Shown here: positions 17,561 to 23,020 of the stretch, one piece after another
Numbering within the stretch: position 1 is the stretch's first letter
How the letters are laid out: the number at the start of each line of letters is the position of its first letter
Virus record (IMG/VR): IMGVR_UViG_3300037485_000776
Location: 1-37,457 of that record
Length of the DNA: 37,457 nucleotides
Direction: 5' to 3' (one strand)
DNA from: a virus
Position numbers and translations under genes: made by a program
The notes under the pieces: model-generated
What the model saw: only the letters and a program-made list of their open reading frames with translations
Databases searched by the model: none
What the model was told of the DNA's origin: nothing

Positions 17561-17988
17561 TTTGCATTCCACTTTATCGGGTCGCCATCAATGTCAACAA
17601 CATAAACAGGCAGCGCCATTGTTTCCGCGTCTGCTTTTATTCGCTCTTTCCATACTCCTGGAATTTGTGCGTACTTTTCCCCCGTTATTGTCCGACATGG
17701 CTCTAGTTTTGGGTAGCTTTCTTTTGCAAGCAGTCTGTCCAGTTCTTTAGTCTCGCCCTGTTTGAAAAGTTTGTAAACTACTTCCAGCGGCCATTCTGGG
17801 TCGTCTGTTTTGTTCCAGCGTATTTGTAAATGCGCCCCAAACCACTCAACTGGCGCTAATCTTGGCCTGCAGTCGGTTAGTGTCATTTCCTCTGCCTTTT
17901 CGCATATAGCGCCGCATTCATCGCAAACGTAGCCAGTCCCGCTTCTTCCCCGCCATTCATGGCCTTTGTAAAGTATTGGCTTGTCCAT
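17557..17988 (-). CDS. Hypothetical protein (143 aa)
   Basis: Track ORF with the block YVCDECGAIC. No family recognised. Confidence 0.6.
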   Translation of the reverse strand: MDKPILYKGHEWRGRSGTGYVCDECGAICEKAEEMTLTDCRPRLAPVEWFGAHLQIRWNKTDDPEWPLEVVYKLFKQGETKELDRLLAKESYPKLEPCRTITGEKYAQIPGVWKERIKADAETMALPVYVVDIDGDPIKWNAK

Positions 17989-17998
17989 GTTAAACGCG

Positions 17999-18271
17999 CT
18001 ACTGCATATAGTTCGTCATGTACCACGACTGGGCGCTGCACTCACTCACAACGTCAGCCACATCGTCGTCCGATTGTCGCGGCATCTTGGCGGCCAGCTC
18101 CATACACTTTACAAACAGCGCCTCACGCGCAGCGCCTCTACGGCCTCTACGTGCGTCTTGTGCCAACTTGGCCACAGAAGCCTCCTCGGTCGGCGTAAAT
18201 GCGCCGTTTGTGCAGCCGGTTAGTGTTGCGGCCAGCGCCGCCATCAGTAGTGCTCTTATCGTCAAAATCAT
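17999..18271 (-). CDS. Small lipoprotein (90 aa)
   Basis: Signal peptide plus lipobox: MILTIRALLMAALAATLTG|C. SD GGAGA. Hand-counted G+C is 57-63% on lines 18061 and 18121 versus 43% on line 18481. Confidence 0.7.
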   Translation of the reverse strand: MILTIRALLMAALAATLTGCTNGAFTPTEEASVAKLAQDARRGRRGAAREALFVKCMELAAKMPRQSDDDVADVVSECSAQSWYMTNYMQ

Positions 18272-18337
18272 TGTAATCTCCTAATTTTTATATATCAAAA
18301 TATAAAGCTGTATAAGTTGGGGCTTATTACCCCGGAT

Positions 18338-18423
18338 GTCCGTAGCCCTATTCGTCAATAGGGTTCACCTGTAAATTCAGGCCATACGCTTTGCAGGCTA
18401 CTTTCGTAGCTCCTGTGCCGGAC
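18338..18423. ncRNA. Structured intergenic element: four-way-junction (cloverleaf-like) fold, unclassified
   Basis: Closing helix 18338-42/18419-23 encloses three hairpins: CCCTATT-cgtc-AATAGGG (18346-18363), ACCTG/CAGG(C) (18367-82) and GCTAC-tttc-GTAGC (18397-18410). A further GGGG-cttatta-CCCC hairpin lies at 18319-18333. No ORF in the region. Confidence 0.4.
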
Positions 18424-18444
18424 TGTTCACTAATACGATTATCT

Positions 18445-18630
18445 TTAATCTTTTTCCATGCCCAATAAATTTTTTATAGCCCACGTCCACTTTCCTGTTT
18501 TCAGTTTTGACAGAACAAACATGGTTAAAAGTGCGGCAACAGTTGCGTATAAAATACCAATTGCCATCATTCCGTTAAGTATGAAAAATACCCATGTTAG
18601 CCAATAAACAATCGGAATTGCTAAAAACAT
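18445..18630 (-). CDS. Small 2-TM membrane protein (61 aa)
   Basis: Two hydrophobic helices and a basic tail. Strong SD AAGGAGAG 5 nt upstream. Flanked on both sides by structured non-coding sequence. Confidence 0.6.
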   Translation of the reverse strand: MFLAIPIVYWLTWVFFILNGMMAIGILYATVAALLTMFVLSKLKTGKWTWAIKNLLGMEKD

Positions 18631-18656
18631 AATTCTCTCCTTAGTGAGTTGTTAAT

Positions 18657-19109
18657 CCCCGTCTTTCCGGGGTGTCATCTAGGTGCTGCATTTAGAACTG
18701 CCTAGCCAATTCGAGCAAACGAAAGCAGCGTCCGTTTTGTTAGCGGCGGGTGCTGATCTCCCGCATGTCTGCATTGCAAAGTCAGGTACGGGTCATCAAC
18801 CTAGCAGACAGAAGACTCTTTGACACCGTTTTTGCGTATCAGCCTACGCATTCACTAACAAGTCTAGGGTCTGCTCGCATAAAGCAGCGGATAAGAAGAA
18901 AGGATCAAACCGAAACAACGGCGCTAACCCGTTGCCAGACCCTAGACTTTTTAGCACTAACATTGAAGCGTGCCGGTGCTGAACTCCGGCTTGCCGATTT
19001 TCCCCGCATCGGTCGCATCGCGTGTACTTCCCGCCATGTTTCGCGGTTTTCTGGTCGCTCGCATCAGCCTGCGCATTCCGCTTCAATGTTAGTCCCCGTA
19101 CTTTCCGGA
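18657..19109. ncRNA. Large structured non-coding element (about 450 nt), unclassified; strand undetermined
   Basis: Perfect long-range helices at 18860-73/18936-49 (14 bp) and 18956-70/19079-93 (15 bp), at least eight further hairpins, and three paralogous hairpins with loop TGCTGA(T/A)CT. No SD-led ORF. Confidence 0.55.
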
Positions 19110-19110
19110 T

Positions 19111-19263
19111 TCAGTGCTTATTTTCCCTCATTTTTGCTATCTTATCCAACATTTCCCGCTTTTCCATTAAAGCTTTTGCTTTCTTTTCTGCTTCCGCTTT
19201 ACTCATTCCCGCGTCGTATTGAAGTATTGCTGCGCGTTCTTCAAATGCTTCGCGGTCAGTCAT
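19111..19263 (-). CDS. Hypothetical small protein (50 aa), MTDREAFEERAAILQYDAGMSKAEAE motif
   Basis: Below the track cutoff; hand-translated codon by codon. ATGA overlap with the upstream gene and a TGA stop at 19111. Confidence 0.6.
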   Translation of the reverse strand: MTDREAFEERAAILQYDAGMSKAEAEKKAKALMEKREMLDKIAKMRENKH

Positions 19264-19613
19264 TTTGTTTCCTTTAGTTTTTCTTCAAGTTTTGAGGCAA
19301 ATGTGTTCCAGTCACCCCCAAGTACGTCCATACCCGCTGAATGCCATGCTTCATATACTGCGTCAAAGAATAACCCTTGCCATTCGCGTCGCTCCTGCTC
19401 TGGCGGGGCGGTGTAGAGTCGTTGGTCAGTTTTGTCAGTCATTTCATTCTCTGTCAGCCCTTGCCATTCGCGCTCTGGCTGCGCTAGTCGTTCGCGTAGG
19501 TCATTAAAAGCGTGGTACTGAAGATAGCGCCACTCGGCTTTTGTCATGTCGTTTTTGCTATCCAACGCCACCATCGCTTGATACATTATTTCTCGGTCAG
19601 TTTTGTCAGTCAT
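19260..19613 (-). CDS. Hypothetical protein with internal duplication (117 aa)
   Basis: MTDKTD...REWQGL occurs twice. The 24-nt string GGTCAGTTTTGTCAGTCATTTCAT is present at 19425-48 and 19595-618, the latter spanning this gene's own start. Confidence 0.6.
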   Translation of the reverse strand: MTDKTDREIMYQAMVALDSKNDMTKAEWRYLQYHAFNDLRERLAQPEREWQGLTENEMTDKTDQRLYTAPPEQERREWQGLFFDAVYEAWHSAGMDVLGGDWNTFASKLEEKLKETK

Positions 19614-19918
19614 TTCATACCCTTTCCAATTTCAGCAGCAGCACGGAGAACCGCTCGGCGTGCGGCTTTTCTAGCACTGTGACCTAAAGGTTCGCTATAA
19701 ACCACCATGTCAAAACAAGCATTTGCGTATTGATCTGTAACCATTAACTCTATTTTTAGATCTACTGCCAGCCGAAACGCATCGCCATCGTCGTCGAGCG
19801 GGTTCCACTTAATGCCCGGAAGTACCTCCGCAAAACACCAAGGTTCAACATCGCCGTGCCATGTAATTTTAATTCCGACCGCCTTCGCAGCAAGTTCAAG
19901 CATTTTGCGGTCAGTCAT
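19610..19918 (-). CDS. Hypothetical protein, paralog pair member (102 aa)
   Basis: Shares LELAAKA.G......W.P...D.DAF.LA..LK with the upstream gene. ATGA overlaps on both sides. Confidence 0.6.
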   Translation of the reverse strand: MTDRKMLELAAKAVGIKITWHGDVEPWCFAEVLPGIKWNPLDDDGDAFRLAVDLKIELMVTDQYANACFDMVVYSEPLGHSARKAARRAVLRAAAEIGKGMK

Positions 19919-20247
19919 TTCATACCCCTCCCAATCTCAACCGCGGCGAGAAAAATTGCCTCTCTTGCAGCGGCTTCTATGTCAGTGTTACTGGAAGTTT
20001 CTACATGAACCGCTGGTTTCCCGAACCCATAGGCTGATGCCTCGTAGTCAGTGAAAGTACCGAAAGCGACTTGCAGTTTCAGTCTGGCGGCCAATTGAAA
20101 CGCATCGTTATTGTCGTGGCGCGGGTTCCACGGCCTCCAAGATTGAGGGCCGGTGCCTTCGTGAATGTGGAATATGCCCTGGTTGTCTAATTCGACTTCA
20201 TATCCCGCTGCCTTCGCAGCCAGTTCTAGCGGTTCGCGGTCATTCAT
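19915..20247 (-). CDS. Hypothetical protein, paralog pair member (110 aa)
   Basis: The track start is GTG 20253. ATG 20247 (MNDREPLELAAKAAG) is preferred. Confidence 0.6.
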   Translation of the reverse strand: MNDREPLELAAKAAGYEVELDNQGIFHIHEGTGPQSWRPWNPRHDNNDAFQLAARLKLQVAFGTFTDYEASAYGFGKPAVHVETSSNTDIEAAAREAIFLAAVEIGRGMK

Positions 20248-20321
20248 ACCCACCCCGCAGCGCTTACAAACTCATCCCAAGTTAGGGATACTTCTTTGTC
20301 TTCTAAAATGATTATGGTCAT
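20244..20321 (-). CDS. Possible micro-ORF (25 aa)
   Basis: Hand-translated as MTIIILEDKEVSLTWDEFVSAAGWV. SD GGAGA lies in the conserved junction motif, and the stop forms an ATGA overlap with the next gene. Confidence 0.35.
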   Translation of the reverse strand: MTIIILEDKEVSLTWDEFVSAAGWV

Positions 20322-20340
20322 TTTCATTCTCCTGTTTATT

Positions 20341-20589
20341 TCAACTGCTTTGCAGTCTTCCTTCCAATTTACCTGCCGAATACCCAGACAAATACAGTTT
20401 GAATAGTTCGTTCAAGCGACCGTTATCGTAGTAAGTTACAAATATTTTTTTTTCTTTTCCGCTTGGCATTTTTACAAATTGCTGTTCTGACCGCTCCACT
20501 TTACAACCGACATATATTTCATAATCATGAAGTTTTTTTTCAAAAGAATTGAGCACTTCATATATTTCTCCTGTTGTGTACATGTCCAT
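20341..20589 (-). CDS. Hypothetical protein (82 aa)
   Basis: Track ORF with the junction motif GGAGAATGAAATG upstream. Confidence 0.6.
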   Translation of the reverse strand: MDMYTTGEIYEVLNSFEKKLHDYEIYVGCKVERSEQQFVKMPSGKEKKIFVTYYDNGRLNELFKLYLSGYSAGKLEGRLQSS

Positions 20590-20602
20590 TTCATTCTCCT
20601 GT

Positions 20603-20624
20603 AGGGGCTTGCGCCCCTGTTTTT
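20603..20624 (+). terminator. Intrinsic-terminator-like hairpin oriented on the plus strand
   Basis: AGGGGC-ttgc-GCCCCT is followed by GTTTTT on the plus strand. In the minus sense the U-run is on the wrong side. Confidence 0.4.
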
Positions 20625-20656
20625 GGTATTAAAAAATCTTTATTGCTGGGTTGCAA

Positions 20657-20887
20657 TTATTTGAAATGATTGATGTTCCAGTCGTTATCCCACCATTCAA
20701 GCAAGTCAGGCAACAATGATATAGAACAGTTCACGCCGTCACCATCTTGTACACATTTAAAAATGTTGTCTCCAAAACCGATTAAAGAAAATCGGTTCCC
20801 GAACAATTCTTGCGCGACTGTTATGGCTTCATTTAGCTCAGAATCTGCGTCAAAAATAAAACTGTTGTTTTTTACAGTGATGCTCAT
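20657..20887 (-). CDS. Small acidic protein (76 aa)
   Basis: 12 D/E versus 4 K/R by hand count. It is the first gene after a duplicate of the early promoter. Confidence 0.6.
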   Translation of the reverse strand: MSITVKNNSFIFDADSELNEAITVAQELFGNRFSLIGFGDNIFKCVQDGDGVNCSISLLPDLLEWWDNDWNINHFK

Positions 20888-20935
20888 TTTTCATTCTCCT
20901 GGTGTTAATTAGCTTTATTGCTAACCATGTAGAGA

Positions 20936-20963
20936 ATTATACACACTCCAAAAGCCTATGCAA
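20936..20963 (-). promoter_or_regulatory. Sigma70-like promoter, near-duplicate of the early promoter
   Basis: Minus-sense TTGCAT-16 nt-TATAAT. The roughly 35-nt string GCTTGCATAGGCTTTTGGAGTGTGTATAAT closely matches 31629-31660. Confidence 0.6.
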
Positions 20964-21008
20964 GCCCTTTTATTCCACCATGTGAGAAAACACACATTGC
21001 AGCGTTTT

Positions 21009-21254
21009 TTAAAAGGGGATTGACGCGGTTATTATTTTTTTGCCATCCGCATGCGTTTCCCATCCGTCCGAAGTTAAGCCATAAATTTCGTGACAAAAAC
21101 AGCAAATAATTCTTGGCATTTTTTTTTCACCGCCTTTTACACGCCAATATTCAGCATAATCAGGCAACGTCCTAACGGGTATTTCAACCCCGCAAATATC
21201 ACAATTTTTTTCTTTTTTTGTTCGATGCAAACTTAAGCGATATGTCATATTCAC
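21009..21254 (-). CDS. Hypothetical Cys-rich protein (81 aa)
   Basis: CDICG ... CCFCHE suggests a zinc-ribbon-like protein. Confidence 0.55.
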   Translation of the reverse strand: MNMTYRLSLHRTKKEKNCDICGVEIPVRTLPDYAEYWRVKGGEKKMPRIICCFCHEIYGLTSDGWETHADGKKIITASIPF

Positions 21255-21276
21255 TCCTTTTTATACTACATTTACT

Positions 21277-21489
21277 TTATGTATTTTTTAGTTTGTTTTT
21301 TGCTTGTATTAATTTAATTCTGATTTTTGATATTTCTCTTCTTGTAAGCATTGCCAATTCTGGGTCATTAATGCACCAATCATGCTTCAAAAAAAGACCC
21401 CCGTTTTCAGACAATTTTTCCAGTCTTTTTATTCGCCAAATTAAAAAACCTTTTCTCAAATTGCCCTTAATAGTGTTAATAATACGCAT
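21277..21489 (-). CDS. Hypothetical basic protein (70 aa)
   Basis: Track ORF with a TAATG overlap with the resolvase gene stop. Confidence 0.5.
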   Translation of the reverse strand: MRIINTIKGNLRKGFLIWRIKRLEKLSENGGLFLKHDWCINDPELAMLTRREISKIRIKLIQAKNKLKNT

Positions 21490-21926
21490 TAACTTTTCCT
21501 TGTAAGACTATATAAATTACTTGCATAAAAAACCATTGCAGCGTCTCTTTCGTGTTGGTTGCTTTTTTTCTGCCAGCCAGTCAGCTTGTTAAAAGTCTCA
21601 GCGTCCAGTTTGCGTCCTTTGTGCTTCGGGCTTATTCCGTGGGCGTTTATCTTCATTTCCTCGCATAGGGCGCATATAAGACCGCATATAGCGTCAACTT
21701 GGCCGACATTCCGGGCTATCTTTATGCGTGCAGCTTGGCTAGTTCCCCGGCTCCAAACTGGCGAAGTCAAGCGCGAATCCTCGAATATCACGCTTGTAAC
21801 GGAAAAGCTAGGAAGCAGCGTTATTAGCTGTATTGGCGTCCAAGTGGTTAGCTTTGTAAGCTTTCCGTCCTCAAATATAGCTACGCCAGTGCTTGTACCG
21901 GGGTCAAGTCCGATTAGCATACTCAT
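21489..21926 (-). CDS. RuvC-like Holliday junction resolvase (145 aa)
   Basis: N-terminal IGLDPGTSTGVAI, central IFEDS and C-terminal NQHERDAAMV match the D-E-(H/D)-D layout of RuvC-fold resolvases. Confidence 0.6.
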   Translation of the reverse strand: MSMLIGLDPGTSTGVAIFEDGKLTKLTTWTPIQLITLLPSFSVTSVIFEDSRLTSPVWSRGTSQAARIKIARNVGQVDAICGLICALCEEMKINAHGISPKHKGRKLDAETFNKLTGWQKKSNQHERDAAMVFYASNLYSLTRKS

Positions 21927-22065
21927 TTATCAGCTTAGTCACGCCAGCGGAAAAGTTCCCGCCGCCGATCTTTTTCGCTTTTTCATGCGCTTTTTTTGAA
22001 ATGTAGATATTCACGCGCTTTGCGTCTTCAATTGTTTTTGGCTTGCCGATTTTTTTAGTGTCCAT
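21904..22065 (-). CDS. Ribbon-helix-helix-like small protein (53 aa), possibly translated from a leaderless mRNA
   Basis: Hand-translated as MDTKKIGKPKTIEDAKRVNIYISKKAHEKAKKIGGGNFSAGVTKLINEYANRT. The -10 box ends 6 nt before the ATG. Overlaps the resolvase start by 23 nt. Confidence 0.45.
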   Translation of the reverse strand: MDTKKIGKPKTIEDAKRVNIYISKKAHEKAKKIGGGNFSAGVTKLINEYANRT

Positions 22066-22071
22066 AATCTC

Positions 22072-22099
22072 ATTCTACACACTTACGCGGCAGGTTCAA
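22072..22099 (-). promoter_or_regulatory. Sigma70-like promoter
   Basis: Minus-sense TTGAAC-16 nt-TAGAAT, preceded by AAGTGTG as in the other promoters. Confidence 0.5.
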
Positions 22100-22167
22100 G
22101 CCTTTTGTCCCAGTCACACTCAAAAGAAAATGGAAGCCTGCCGAATATCTGCATTAGCTCGCGCTCC

Positions 22168-22389
22168 TTAGGGCTTAACGCGCAGCCTTTCGACATCTCT
22201 AAGCCAGCCCGATGACTTCGCACAGGCAAGAATGCTGGTTTTGACGCGTTCGGCAATGTCGCGCCCAAGTCGGGCTTCAATGTCTCGCAAGTAGTCCGCG
22301 ACTTTATCTCTTTCCCCATCATGAAAATTCTCGACGGCGCAGCAGAAGCGTTCAAAGGTTTCGGCGCGTTCATTCGTTTGCAGGCTCAT
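22168..22389 (-). CDS. Hypothetical helical protein (73 aa)
   Basis: Track ORF, preferred over the overlapping 96-aa frame on amino-acid composition. Confidence 0.5.
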   Translation of the reverse strand: MSLQTNERAETFERFCCAVENFHDGERDKVADYLRDIEARLGRDIAERVKTSILACAKSSGWLRDVERLRVKP

Positions 22390-22531
22390 TCAGGTATTCG
22401 ATTATTTGTTGTGCTGATATGATTGTTTGCGCTAAAAACAACAATGCAGCGTTTTTGTCTTTCATCATTAGCTCCGGCAATTTTCTGCCAGCTTCTTGTA
22501 TTTTTAGTACGTCTTCGCTGTAGTCTTTCAT
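22370..22531 (-). CDS. Hypothetical small protein (53 aa)
   Basis: Hand-translated as MKDYSEDVLKIQEAGRKLPELMMKDKNAALLFLAQTIISAQQIIEYLNEPANE. SD GGAG 8 nt upstream. Confidence 0.5.
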   Translation of the reverse strand: MKDYSEDVLKIQEAGRKLPELMMKDKNAALLFLAQTIISAQQIIEYLNEPANE

Positions 22532-22580
22532 TTAGTAAACTCCTGTCTTCTAAGATAAAGTAATAAGTGCTGCAATAGCT

Positions 22581-22670
22581 TTAAGCTTTGTAATAATCCA
22601 AAAGTAAACCAATAACGCAAACAAGAACAAGTAAAATCCAAGCAACGCCTTCAGCAGAAATTTTCATCAT
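22581..22670 (-). CDS. Possible hydrophobic micro-protein (29 aa, 1 TM)
   Basis: Hand-translated as MMKISAEGVAWILLVLVCVIGLLLDYYKA. SD AAGGA upstream. Confidence 0.4.
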   Translation of the reverse strand: MMKISAEGVAWILLVLVCVIGLLLDYYKA

Positions 22671-22689
22671 TTTTCCTTTTCACATAACA

Positions 22690-23010
22690 CTACGTTCCAG
22701 CGGATTCGCTACGCTCACCGCTGAACTCTGAGTTAGGGGTGTTACATGAATAAACCCGCTCTAGCAGTCCTGCTTCCACAGCAACTTCCTCAAGAAGTTC
22801 ACGCATTCCTCGCTGATTACCTTTTCCAAATCGAGCAGAATCAGTTTTTGCTATCTCATTTATTTGAAGTGGATGGCTATTTCGTTTCGCTTGATATTCT
22901 GAAAAACGACAAAAGCAAAAAAACGTGGCCGGTTCGCTTGCCAATTCAATTCGTCCTATCTGTAGGTCAGATTCGCGCTGAAGATGAGAAGAAAATTGGT
23001 TTTGTCGCAT
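22690..23010 (-). CDS. Hypothetical protein (106 aa) lying between the two 33-bp repeats
   Basis: ATG 23010 with SD GGAG 7 nt upstream. The 3' end reads through repeat copy 1, giving C-terminal FSGERSESAGT. An 88-aa plus-strand ORF covers the same DNA. The minus frame is preferred on its codon-position G+C pattern (GC3 lower than GC2) and on strand context. Confidence 0.4.
   Translation of the reverse strand: MRQNQFSSHLQRESDLQIGRIELASEPATFFCFCRFSEYQAKRNSHPLQINEIAKTDSARFGKGNQRGMRELLEEVAVEAGLLERVYSCNTPNSEFSGERSESAGT
22694..22726. repeat. 33-bp perfect direct repeat, copy 1 (self-complementary hairpin)
   Basis: GTTCCAGCGGATTCGCTACGCTCACCGCTGAAC, identical to 23031-23063. 9-bp stem with one bulged C and a 14-nt loop. 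Confidence 0.9.
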
Positions 23011-23020
23011 AGCCACACTC

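Noticed and set aside
18338-18423. tRNA gene, suggested by the cloverleaf-like four-way junction.
   Set aside because: Arm lengths and loops do not fit tRNA: a 5-bp closing stem, no GTTC T-loop and no 7-nt anticodon loop. I found no canonical tRNA elsewhere by eye either.
18657-19109. Retron msr/msd, group II intron, tmRNA or hammerhead interpretation of the structured element.
   Set aside because: There is no RT ORF anywhere. There is no GUGYG 5' end or domain V-like hairpin. There is no tRNA-like acceptor or CCA end, nor a tag ORF. The only CUGAUG-like string (minus sense near 19061-19066) has C instead of the invariant A9, so the hammerhead core is not satisfied.
18750-19277. 175-aa plus-strand ORF (GTG start) and 80-aa minus-strand ORF (TTG start, 18844-19086) covering the structured region.
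   Set aside because: Both use non-ATG starts with no convincing SD. Their composition is R/S/T/L-rich and non-protein-like. The 3' third of the plus ORF is simply the antisense of the well-supported 50-aa gene. Two perfect 14-15 bp inverted repeats and many hairpins inside them argue for structure rather than coding.
22083-22373. 96-aa ORF overlapping the 73-aa ORF in another frame. Possible readings were a frameshift fusion or a 23-37-aa downstream micro-ORF (ATG 22196 or 22154).
   Set aside because: The N-terminal two-thirds is shadow-like. I saw no slippery heptamer at the frame junction. The tail region contains a promoter (22072-22099). The 23-aa ORF after SD AAGGAG is possible but too short to support.
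22746-23012. 88-aa plus-strand ORF fitting exactly between the two 33-bp repeats. It would be the only plus-strand gene.
   Set aside because: By hand count its second codon positions are only about 25% G+C and its third positions about 40%. The opposite minus-strand frame has the usual pattern (GC3 lowest), an SD and the genome-wide strand context. Long plus-strand shadow ORFs are common here (up to 245 aa). This is not fully excluded; see the repeat-cassette finding.
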